Assembly: GCF_036321535.1 (NCBI RefSeq) | Contig: NC_087436.1 | Location: forward strand, 97,838,001 to 97,902,000 | DNA length: 64,000 bases | DNA from: Camelus dromedarius | Lineage: Eukaryota | Direction of reading: 5' to 3' | Part shown: piece by piece, positions 52,181 through 64,000 of the stretch | Numbering within the stretch: the stretch's first letter is position 1 | How the letters are laid out: each line of letters begins with the position of its first letter | The notes under the pieces: model-generated | Database searches by the model: none | Seen by the model: only the letters and a program-made list of their open reading frames with translations | What the model was told of the DNA's origin: nothing | Translations under genes and position numbers: made by a program

Positions 52181-54296
52181 AAATCTCTCTGATAGTTGGC
52201 TAATCATATCTACAATTCCCATTTCTCAGGGAAGCACCACTTGACCTCATTTATAAAGACAAACATCCCTAAAGTAGAACAGCAAAATAAACTGCTTCAT
52301 AGCATTTATCAGAGGTGGAATTGTGTACAGGCGCATGTGTCTGTTGGGCAGGACACTAGTTCTGAAAGAGAAAAAGACATGGGCACCTAAATTTGCATAG
52401 AATGGATGAGAGAGAGAGAGAGAAATGGCTTTGAACCAAATTTAGTTAATTTAAAAATATATTTACTGAACATTTTCTATGAGTTAGGCAACTCAGGATT
52501 CTCTAAAATATATCTTAAGGCTCAATACCTTGGAAAATTTTTTAGAAAGAGAGAGAAAAGGGGAAAAAATTAGCATGGGTGTATAGAAAGCCAAGAAAGG
52601 ATAGGATTCTATGAAAGCAGATGAGAAGTAAACATGGAAAGCTATTGAGAGCAAAAGTATGGTAGTTTATATGAAAGAACCCTGTTTTGCTAAGGAGAAG
52701 ACTAAGAATAAGATAAATTAATCAATAAACAAAAAAAAATGCTATTAATTGCAAAGTAAGGATTCCAAAGTGCATTTTTTTTTTGGTCTGGCTTTGATTT
52801 TCACATCTTTAAATATTCACATGACAATTTTTTGATGTCTGAGATAAATATTAGGACTACATAGTTTAGAATACTATAAACCTGGATCACCTACAGTCCA
52901 CCTCAATTCCTTTATTCAAAGAAAGGCTTCAATAGTTCAGAAAGAGAAATAAAAAATAGGGTATATAGAAAAAATTAGTGATAATTAAGATAAAATATTA
53001 TTTTATTACAGTCAAATCAAGTCCAACTTATTTTTCTTTAAAGGGGTTTCTAAAATTTCAGAATAAATTGGCTTATTTTTGATAATGCTTTTCAACAAGA
53101 CATAAACAAGCACTGTAAGATGGGCATGTCCCTTCACTGCTCCTTTATTAGGTAAGATATGAATTCTTTTTCTATTTGGAGAGACTTCTGTAATATATGT
53201 CCCATGAAGACCAATTTAATTCCAATATGAATTGAAATTTTCACAATTCATATTATCACTTAGGGTTTAGAAGGTTAAGTAAAGGACAAGAGGATATTCT
53301 TGACACAGTGAAAAATGAAACAGCACAAGTTTCCTCTCCTTGGTATAGATTCCTTCATGCACTTTCCCAGGATAATATCTCTGTAGTATTCTTTAACCAT
53401 TTACCTCTTCAAGGCATTTTATTTTATACTATTTTTTCTTCATTTTTGGGAAGTATTTCTAATTTTATTAACATCTTGCGAAGAGAGTCATTTGCATGTA
53501 ATTAGTTTCTTCATAAAATGATTTCTCTTTCTGAAATTATGCACTAGCACATTATAGAACAATCAAATTATCAGCCTCTCTTCCAAGGATCAATTCAACA
53601 CTCAGAAATTATGATGAGTGAGGTTCTCCATCATTAAAACTGCATACAAATCCTTTAGAGCTGTCAAAGCAGCATCGATGGTTGTTATTTAATGTGTTTA
53701 TGACTATCAGGAGTTAATGGCATTTTGTAACATGATGGAATTTTCTAGGAAGTTAAATCTCTCCGTGAGCGGAATATGTACCTAAAGGACTAAAAAAATC
53801 CAAAAGAGCAATCTTCACTATTTCTAGGCCTTTGCTTCCTGGCAACAGTCAGTCTACCACCTTTTTGACCTACACATTAAGGCTACATGAGTTCTAATTA
53901 AAATTTGATAGATGTAAAAACAATGGATTTTTACCATTTAGTACACTGAGTTATCAAATGAAAAGCTAGTATCGAGGGAGCAGTAGTTTAGTTTTCCACT
54001 ATCTAGGTCTTATAAATTTTGATAGACTGTCCCTTTATTGATAGGCATATTTTATTTTTTCCACCTGAAGATAAATGTGAATTAATTATTTTCTGATGTA
54101 TTCACAAGTGTTAAAAAAAAGTTTCAGGAATAAACTATGTTGTCTATAAACAAACAAGCAAGCAAGCAAAACCCAAAATGGCACACATATAATGGCAGGG
54201 TTTATTTCTATGCAGAAATCACCTTATAGGACCACATTTTTTCCAGATAAAAAGTAGAATGACAGAGCAGATATATCTCTTCTGTTCCTTTTACTG

Positions 54297-54450
54297 TAGT
54301 GTTTCTTAAACATTAATGGGTTACCTGAGGATATTATGAAAGTTCAGATTTGGGTACAGTAAGACAGGTGTTGAGCCTGAGACTGGGCATTTCCAAAATG
54401 CTTCCTGGTGAGCAGATGCCACTGGTCTTTTGATCTGATGCCACTCTGAG
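54297..54450. mobile_element. MER5-type MITE
   Basis: TAGTGTTTCTTAAAC...CAGATT...GAGCCTGAGACTGGGCATTTC...CCTGGTGA. Confidence 0.6.
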
Positions 54451-56089
54451 TTCCAATTCTCCATTTACACATATGTTTCCAGCAAAGAAGTGTTTCCCAT
54501 TGCTTGTAGTGGTTTAATTTCCCAGGATACTTTTGGAATCTTTCAGGCTTTTTTTCTGTACCCTCTGTTCATTAGTGGTATTGCCTGCATTTAAACCTTG
54601 GGCTAGTTAGCATCATATTCTTAAGCAGCTCTTAAACACATCAGATATCTTTGATCCCGATCAAGAGCTACTGCATAGGAATCTGACAGTGGGGGTCCTC
54701 AAATGAGTATCTGTAAAAAACTCCAAAAGTGTTTACAACACACGAGCGTTTGGGATCCAAAATATTAACAGGCGTCTATCATAAGAGCAAGAACTGTGGT
54801 TATTCATATGCCTGGAGGAAAATAAATAACCCTTCTGATTCTTTAATCTCTATTTGTGCCTATTTATTTTAATATGTTTACTCCAATAACATATTTTCTT
54901 TCAAACTGAAAAGAACTGATCTTGTAACACAAGCTAAAATCTCGCAAGCTGTGTATCATCCTGCTTACTCTGTAACACAGCTAATATATTTTGTTGACAA
55001 CTGATTTGCACTCTTATGCTGTTAGAAGTTCATATATGGACTATTAACCAAACCTGCCTATTAACAACCACTCTTTTACTCACTGGCACATAGAAAAGGA
55101 AAACGATTTCTCCACTCAATTCCAAGGTCATCCTCTCCAGTGTACCAATGTGACAAGCCTGGTTGTTATACACAATGTATCTACAGCAGTGATTTGCTTT
55201 GGGTATCATAGTATCACAAAGCAAGCATGCAAACAAACAAACACAATCCTCAGGGTTTACAGATTAGCTTCAAAGTATTGTATAATATTTCTCTCAGAAA
55301 AAAAACTGTTAAAGATGGCAAATTATGTAACTTGATTATCAAGGTAGGAAAAATGTTCAATAGAATCCTCCAAGCAGCATTATCTTGATTTCAGTCTTTT
55401 TGCTAAATTGGTAATCCCCTACTGCACACCAACTCAGACTACATTTATGTTCAAAGCTTAAGTATCCCAACTATTTCAACAGTGATATTGTTTCTTGAAG
55501 GAAGGGGTAATATTTATTATTTTAACGTTTTATATAACAGGTGATCTCTGTATATCAGAGACAATATATATATTTTTTCTTTTCTTGATATTCTCTTGGT
55601 TTTTCTCTTATATCAGTGGCCATTTATATCCAGTTTTTGTTTGTTTGTTTTTAACTCCTCTTCGTAAGACATTAGAGCTTTAGAAGCTCTTCCTAATCTA
55701 TGTCCTCTCCCAGGATGATTTCAGTGATTTTTTATTTGATGAAGTCATTATGATATATTGAAAGATATACATTCAGTGCTATACCATTTCTACTGAAACA
55801 CGAAGTGTTAAGTTCTTACCTTATTAAGCTTAACACTGAATTAAAGCAGACTGGTAAATGCCTTACAATCTCTTGCACTGAGTTCTAACATGGCTAGTGT
55901 CACTTTTAAAGCAGATGGCTGTTTTCCTCACTCTGTGCCCGGAAGTGACGATTGTAATTTACTTGGAATGTATTTGCCAATTTATTCATGGCAAATGATG
56001 TTGTTCACTATGTATATACTAAAATGAAAACAAAACTATAATTTCTAGTCTTATTTCCAATAAATATTTTTAAAGTTATCCTCCATTAT

Positions 56090-56322
56090 TATCATGTAGT
56101 ATCTATTGAGTACTTATGATAAACCAGGCACTGTTCCAAGAACATTTGATGGATTGTCTCACTTAATTTTCACATCCTAGGAAATGTACTATTAAAATTC
56201 CCATCTGGTAGATGAGGCAACTGAGGCACAGAGAAGTTAACCTATCAGAGATCATATCAAATTATAGGAACTAGAAATTCAGAAGACTTTCTAAGCTTCC
56301 AAACCCATGTTATTTACCACTG
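56090..56322 (-). mobile_element. MIR relic
   Basis: TATTGAGTACTTA..CCAGGCACTGTTC and AGATGAGGCAACTGAGGCACAGAGAAGTTAA. Confidence 0.8.
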
Positions 56323-58096
56323 TCTTCTATGAGCCTCATATTTGTGGCCAAAAAAGTCATGCACTGCATTGAAATCATGCCAAGTTTTTTTTTTTTATGC
56401 CTAGTTTCCTCATTTTCAGGGGTTCTATGCCTAAACCATCCAGAGCTGATTGTTTTTAATTTTTTAAACCAAATTTCAGGGATGAGACATAGTTCCTTAG
56501 AGATGTATAACTTCCAAAAGGCTGGTACTTAGAGAACTGTACTATAGAACTTAAGTAAATGTCTTTACTTGTGAACGGTATGTAGAGGTAGTTGGAAAAT
56601 ATTTTTAAGATATTGATGCTATTTATCATTAATAAGAACACAGGCAGAACTCTTCAGTCCTGTCCTGCTGACTATGACGGCTATAGCCACATATAAGTTA
56701 AAAAAATACCTTTAGATTTTTGCATTACCCAGGGTTTCAAGGTTAATAGGTTATAATACACTTAATTATGTTGTAAAATGAAATGGTTCCATGGTCAAAA
56801 ACACTGATGAAACATTGGGATAAATACATTTTTAAATGTGCATTTACTGAAAATCTTTTTGGAGTCTCTAATATGCTAAAATGCTTGATATTTAATATTG
56901 GTAATGTGATTCAATATGCTAATATACTCAAAGTCAGAACATTGTTTCCCCCAAATTATTTACTTACAACTTTCTTTTTCCCATGGAGCACAGCATTCCA
57001 CAGTACATGGTTTGGGAAATTCTGTCTAGAATTTGGGAATGAAAATGAGTAATAGGGTAATAAGGGCCATGTTCTAGAGGTAGAAGAAATCAAATTGAAG
57101 ACAGACTGGTCATGAAGGACTAGAGAGGGATTAGGGTTGTGATTCCTATGATTTTGGTTTGAGATGTGAACAGGAGATATAACATTTACGTGTGTGTGCA
57201 TGTGTGCCATGCATATATGATACTTAAAATGAAGAGACTGAAATCAGCCTTGAGAGGGAACATAGATTGGAAAGAGCTTTTAAAGCGCTAATGTTTTAAG
57301 AGAAGGAGTGAAAACAAACAAACAAAAACTATATTTAAATGGCCAATGATATAAGAGAAAAACCAAGAGAGTACCAAGAAAAGAAAAAAAAAAATCTCTC
57401 CAACTTAAGGGGAGTGAGAAATTATATTAAATGCTGTTTTAAGATGTTAACTCAGGAAAAGAAGCACACATTAGAATTAAAAATCAGGAGGTTTCTGATA
57501 ACTCTGGAAGAAGAGATACATTTTCAATTGTTTATCTTCCCCCAATTCAAAAATATCTCAAGGGCAGAACCTGAGTCTTAAATCTTATGCCCTACTGACT
57601 TACAATGTAGGCAAAATGCAAGTAATTGATTTGATTTGATTTGATTATTAATGGAATGTCTGAAAGAGTGCCATAATACTTATCTTTCTTCACAAAGTAA
57701 GCACATATAATTTACCTTTCAACAAATTGATAAGATAATAACTATTAATTTCGTACTGGGCATTCTAGATTCAAGAAATGTAAGAATTCTGAATATAAAT
57801 GATGATTCAGAAGAATTAAGTAATACCTCAATATGTGGATACTAAATTATAATTTACATACCATATTTATAAATGAAAATATTTCTTTCTGTGATATATA
57901 TCAACAAATATATTTTAACAGTTTAATTATTAAGTCAAATCCTAAAGAAAAATTAATGAGATCATATTTAATTTAGGTTGACTCTGTATATGAATTACCA
58001 GTGTCGCATAAAAAAACAGACCTCGATCTACCTCTTTAGGCTCTGAGTTAAGTGGTTCTGTGTTGGAGCCCCGCCATATTCACATTTTATTTTTAA

Positions 58097-58749
58097 CAGC
58101 TTTGTTGAGATATAATTGATATACAAATAAATGTACATGTTTAATGTGCACAGTCTGATGAGTTTGCACGTAGGTAAACACCCATGATACCATCACCGCA
58201 ATCAAGGTGGTAGACACATCCAGTACCTCACAGAGTTTCCTGCATCCTTCGCTTTTTGTTTGTCTCTGGGTAAGAACACAACATAGTTACCCTCTTAACA
58301 AATTTTGAAGTGCACAATACCATGTTGTAACTGTAGGCATGTTTTATAGCAGATCTCTAGAAATTATTTGTCTAGTGTAAGAAATTTTTTACCCATGGAA
58401 GTATAACACCCTATTTCTCTCAACACCTTACCTATGGCAACTGGTACTGTATTCTCTGCTTCTAAGAGTTTGACTACCTTAGATTTCCAAGTATGTGGAA
58501 TCAATGGGTAAAAATCCAAAGGAATATGAAGGAGCCATCTGCACTCCCATGTTCATTGCAATATTAGTGACAACAGTCAAGATATGAAAACAACTCAAGT
58601 GTCTATTGACAGGTGAATGGATAAAGAAAACGTGGAACATACATACAGTGGAATGTTATTCAGCCTTATAAAAAGGAGAAAACTCCACCACTTGTGACAA
58701 CAGGGATGAACCTGGAGGACATTAATGAGTGAAATGAGCCAGCCACAGC
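58097..58749 (-). mobile_element. Short L1 (L1MA-like) with inverted 5' segment, inside a MER5-like element
   Basis: 58097-58503 is antisense 3' UTR, 58504-58749 is a sense segment. TSD CATTTTATTTTTAA (58083-58096) / CATTTTCTTTTTAA (58750-58763). Confidence 0.85.
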
Positions 58750-61700
58750 CATTTTCTTTTTAATGTAACAAGTTACTCAGTTATTTTGACATACATCAAA
58801 TTTTGAGATCTACTCTGCTAAATTAATCCAAATAAGTAACAATACATATATAGACACTTTTTTCCCCATGGAAATATGGTTATATAAAAAATTCACGTTT
58901 TTATATTTAAAATGTCAAACATACAGAATTTCCTCAGTACTTAATAATGTTTTTAATTAATTAGAAATACAGACTAATTTCCTAGTTGAGTGATGCGTCT
59001 TAGAGACTATATAATACATAATATTTGACTCTTTAAGCCCCATTTCTAAAATGGTTTTTAGTTTCTGATAGGAACTCTCTTTCAAACACGCACATGTCTC
59101 CAACATGCTACATAATATAATCAGATCATCTTGTTGGTACCTGAACAGCTGGTGTTCTTGGATTTCCACCTGATACCTCAGTACCTGTCAATTTTTGCTC
59201 CTCTAATCTGGCCACACACAACCTCATTCTTTATTCCATTTCATTCCTCATGGCTGCTTATCACTTACATAACTTTTGATGACATGTAATTTTGTTAACC
59301 ATGGCTTGTATTGTCCATGATATTTGTGTATTGCCTTTTCTGTATGTATATCCTTTGGTGTCAGTTCCTGTCCTCACAATAAAGAATATCATTTGACACA
59401 AATATCTACTGATATCTTTGGGAAGATTTTTCTCCTGGTCCCTTATTGATATCTATCCTGTAATCCACTCAACTGTGACTATGGAGATGATTTACATGGC
59501 AACCAACACGGTCACCAGTGCATAAAGAATTGCTGGGTGATTTGTCCAACAGCGATTGTGGATGAAGTAGTTTCCTTAAAAAAAATCTGGGGCTGTTAAG
59601 GGTATTTGAAGGAGAAAACAAAAACAAGACAAAACATAAGCCCTTCTCGAGAACATTAGGACAAACTGATGTACACAATTCTTTGTAACTCAGCAAACAA
59701 TGATATCTTTACTTAAAGATGAATTTAATGTTTAGAACAAGGCACTATATGCCTACTCATATATTTAATTAAGATGTAAAAGCCAAATCCAAATCACCAT
59801 GTATTAAATACATACACATAAAATGCTTATGACATAATTTCACATTCTTAGTGGAAAGTTTTCCTAAGTGTAAAAAAGACCCCATAAAGAAAGCCAAGAA
59901 ATAACAAAAAAGGTATCAACTCAGGAATTCAATATAATAACTTACAAAATTATTATTTTTAATACGTCTATTAAAATTAAGTAGGTATATTTATTTTCTG
60001 AATAAACTGTTGCTGAATAAACTCCATTTAAAAAAATGACACATTGAAAATTGCATAACTGGATTAGAATTTAAAAATTAGAATCATAAAATGTTTATAT
60101 TATGAACTTATTTAAGAAGGCAAAACACTGTTGCAGAGTGAGCATTTTAATCTCAATCCTTTTTTTCTCTTAACACTCTAGGTAAAATTAATTTTAAAGT
60201 CTCAGTATATAGCACTATAATTTTCATATGTATGCTTTCATTGAGAAATAAGATTCTAAACTAAGAAAAAAATAGTTGTTAATTAGATTTGCTTTCAGTG
60301 TTAGCCTTAAACTTTTCAGTTCTCAATTACTTCAGACATTTCACTAAGTTAAAAACAATTCAGAGGTGATTGTACTTTGGCTCTAGCTATATCTGAACAA
60401 ACCATAAATTTGATCTAGAAACAAATTCATAATGAACTGAAGCTGAAGGTTTGTAATTTCACAATGTAGCATATATTAAAATCTCTAAAAAGTCATTTTG
60501 TCAATTATAAGATAATTTCTTCTTTAATAAGGAAATATGCAATGTCACTTTCTGACCATAAGTTTTATAAGACAATATGTTCGGTGGTTAATTTCTTCAT
60601 TTAAAACAGTTGTAGTTTGAGAAATTTCATCACTAACATTGTAACTTCTTAAATTATGTGAACCAACTCCTAATTTTAAGAAATGAAAAAGATGTTTTGA
60701 AGTTTTCTGATGCACATCTTAGATACTGTAAATTCTCTAATTGAGAAGCTAGAAGCACCCTCATCTATACTCCTATCTTGTCCTCCCCTCTTTCACACTG
60801 AGCTTCCTATAAATTAAAGGGCTACTCCTCTTTTTCAGTCACATCAAAGTGTTTCTACTTCTCTTGGTGAGTCCTAGAGGGACAGTTTTTTTTTTTTTTT
60901 TTCCTTTTCATCACTGACAGCTCTCACTTAATACACATGCTTTCTAATTCTCTTAAGTTTCAGTTACAAAACAACTGATTTCCTTCAATGTCATCCTACT
61001 GGATGACACTAAGATAAACTGTTTCAAAAGACTTTTGGACCAGGTTATTAAAATCTTCATTAGCCTTGAAAGCACGCTTCAAATTTGAGATTATCCACAC
61101 TATACTCTAAAATATAATAAATGCTTGTAGAGAATCAAAAAAGAATTGACAGAAACAAAGCCCCTCAATCCAACTTTCTAAACCCTGTTCTTGGGACAGA
61201 GTCCTGTCAAGCTCATGACATTCTTCCACGTGGACTGAACACGCCTGACAGGAAACGTCATCAAAGTCCCTCTTTAAAACTGCAGCGCACTTGTCTTCTA
61301 ACCTACGCAAGGCCAGGCCATGAAGAGCTGAACCAGCTTGTGCCAACTGCAGCAGTTTAGTGATATACCGACGCTGAGATCTTTATAGCACTTTCCTTAT
61401 TCCTGCAAATTATCAACAAAGCAGACCAGCTTCTCGGGAGTCATTTTCCTCCAAACATGTTACATCAGAAGCAAGAAGCTTAATTTTCCCTAACACCTGG
61501 TTAAATAAGAAAAGTGGTAGTTAAATTACTGTTGGTTCAATGCTTCCTTTTACTTACAGACTCATACTTTATTAATATTATAAGAATGAAAACTATCTCC
61601 AACAGTTTCAGTAATATAAAGTTTTCATTAACTCATTATAAGCTACACTAAATTAGGTACAATTTTTTCTTGTATTTTCAGAACCTGAGAAAGAATCTGG

Positions 61701-62959
61701 AACATAATTCTCATATACCATTATTGAAATAATTTCTACATTGATAGAATGTTTAAATAAAAGTATATCTACTAGTGAAGTCTAAATATAGTCAATGCTA
61801 ATTTTTTTCTTTAATTACTTTCTCTCTTTTAATCTCTTCCAGAGACACCTTTACCCAGAAATAATGTTTACGAGCTCACTTAATCAAATCAAATTGACCC
61901 ATAAAATTAACCACAACAGCAATTATCTAAAATTTGCCATAATCTCTAGGTGCAAATTTTGAATAACCCAGGAATTAAAGCTCTCAGTACTGAATGTGGA
62001 TGAAAGGTTATATGAGAGCTGTCCTGTGAGTATCCTATCTTAGCCAATTTATGGAAAAAACTAGGAAATTCCCTGCAGACCCTCTGCCAACTGGAAAACC
62101 ACAACTGGCTTCCAAAAATTTGGGGCACTTCATCCAAAGCTTTTATCGTCACTGTTCTACATTTCCCATAAAAATTCTGACATAACTGACTAGCTAAGTG
62201 ATTTCTATAGATTTCATAATGGTACTGTGGATTAGAATACAAAACACATCACAAATAAATATATTTCTTTCAGAATGACAGAAAGCAGGTTGGAATCGTT
62301 TTTCTATTTTGCAACACTGATGTTATGAATAATGGATCTATAGAAGCTATTCTGGTTTGTTTTGTTTGTGTATTTCTTTTGATGTTGTTCAGATAAAGGA
62401 ACATTAACCCCATTCTTTTCATTCGCAATAAGTCATTTACAGACTATGACAGTATTCTTATTGATTTCACTATTTCCCTCAACAAATAGAACAGCTCAAA
62501 ATGTAGCCTTGAGAGCAAAAGAAAGTAGTGTGCTAAGCCACTGGCAGTCATGACCAGAGCCGGCTTTGATTTCACATCAATCTTCCTTCACTACAAATGT
62601 AATTTGGGGATAAATATTGCTATGAAAATTCAATGAAAGATTTTTAAAGTGCTTGCAACAGTGGCAACTGAATATACTTTGTGCCCAATAAAATTTAATT
62701 TGCTAGTGGTCATTTCATTTCTAACAGCGTCTCTAGAATATGCCTGCCCACCTGCTACTCCCCAAGCCTTTGGATAAAATGATCATTTATAAATTATTGA
62801 GCTTTCTCTCCCCTAAGAACAGCTTGTACCTTCCACCTATGCGGATTTACCTCTTTATACTTTTCACTTTCCAAAATACCATCATTTCTTAGTATTCAGT
62901 TCAAAGCTCAGGTTCTCCCCCAAAGACTTCCTTACATGATCTTTAACTTGTCTAAAAAT

Positions 62960-63870
62960 AGTGCAGAAAAAAAAATGACATATACACTTTTGGGGTGGCT
63001 ATTTTCCTAATGAGGATTCGTTTCTAACATATAGGTAAGTCACATAAATTATGATTCACGATGAAACAGTTTGAAAGTGTAAATGTTTTGGGGGCTGCAT
63101 TTGTATTTCATCGTGTTATTTCATAGTTTACTTAACCAATATACAATTTTAGGACATTTCAGTTCTTTCCAGTCATTTGCAATTAAAAGTATTATTTTAT
63201 GCATATGTCACTTTGCATATTTGCTGGTTCATAACTGAGTTGGAATGCTGAAAGACAACTTGTGAGTCAAAGTTCTGGTTGACATGTATTTCATTAGATA
63301 TTGTTATTTTTGTCTCTGGGCTGTACCATTTGCCTCCAGCCTAAGAGTGTATGAATCCTCGCAGTCTCAAAATGGCATGTGTTGACAAACTTTTGGATTT
63401 TTTTTCAAATCTTTAGTTTACAAAACTGAGCCAAAAATGAGATCTCAGTTTAAATTTAAATCACATTCACACTTACATGAGTTCAAGTATTTTTCCTAAG
63501 TTTAAATGACATGTAACCAAATTCATTTTTCTGTGGACTGCCCTAATTTGTCTGTTCTTCTATAAGTGTTCTGCTCTTTTTAATTGACTTTTAGAACACT
63601 CTCCACACTATATCTACTAGATTTTCACCTGTGATATGATTTACATACTCACACACACAAGAGATATGACTTACCAACACATTTTCATTGCAATCAAATT
63701 TATCAGTCATATTATTCTTTCAAGATTTTGATTCACTGTTATGAAACTACTCTCCCTTTCCAAAATATAGATGAATGTGGAAGAGTTTTCTGTAAGAAAT
63801 TATTTGGTTTCCCTTTTACATTTTGGTATTTTTTTTAAATGTAGGCTCTACCATGGTGAATAATAAGATA
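62960..63870 (-). mobile_element. Old L1 (L1ME-like) fragment
   Basis: TTTACTTAACCA..GGACATTT..GTTCTTTCCAGT..TTTGC, GCTGTACCATTT, CAATCAAATTTATCAGTC. Confidence 0.6.
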
Positions 63871-64000
63871 TACAGATCTAGCAAATTCGCACAGATGTCC
63901 AGAAATTAAGCAGAAAATGTGTGCACAAATTAACTTCCCTTCCATCCTTTCTCCTTACCCTTTTTCTTTTCTTCCTGCCTCTCTTTCATTGTCCTTTCCT

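Overview
AT-rich mammalian non-coding DNA (intergenic or deep intronic), most likely camelid, judging from a tRNA-Ala-derived Vic-1-type SINE at ~33.2 kb and cetartiodactyl-type L1 3' ends. No intact host protein-coding gene is supported; the ORF track is almost all noise or repeat fragments. The standout is a compact 3.65-kb endogenous retrovirus at 8598-12244 (+) of the class III ERV-S (HERV-S-like) type. It has two ~350-bp LTRs, a tRNA-Ser PBS, gag remnants, protease (DTGA), RT (YIDD), the start of RNase H, an env fragment with an immunosuppressive domain, a PPT and a degenerate 5-bp TSD, and it splits an older MLT1A-type LTR. It lacks capsid, integrase, most of SU and the TM anchor. Its LTRs are ~14% diverged yet remain CpG-island-like with three 39-bp NRF1-type repeats, whereas the interior shows CpG decay. 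Other content: an ERVL/MLT2 remnant, two 5'-inverted (twin-primed) L1s, L2, MIR, MaLR and hAT MITE relics, and a few non-repeat patches that may be regulatory or a microexon. Repeat subfamily names are from recalled consensus sequences, not a search. Boundaries of old repeats are approximate.
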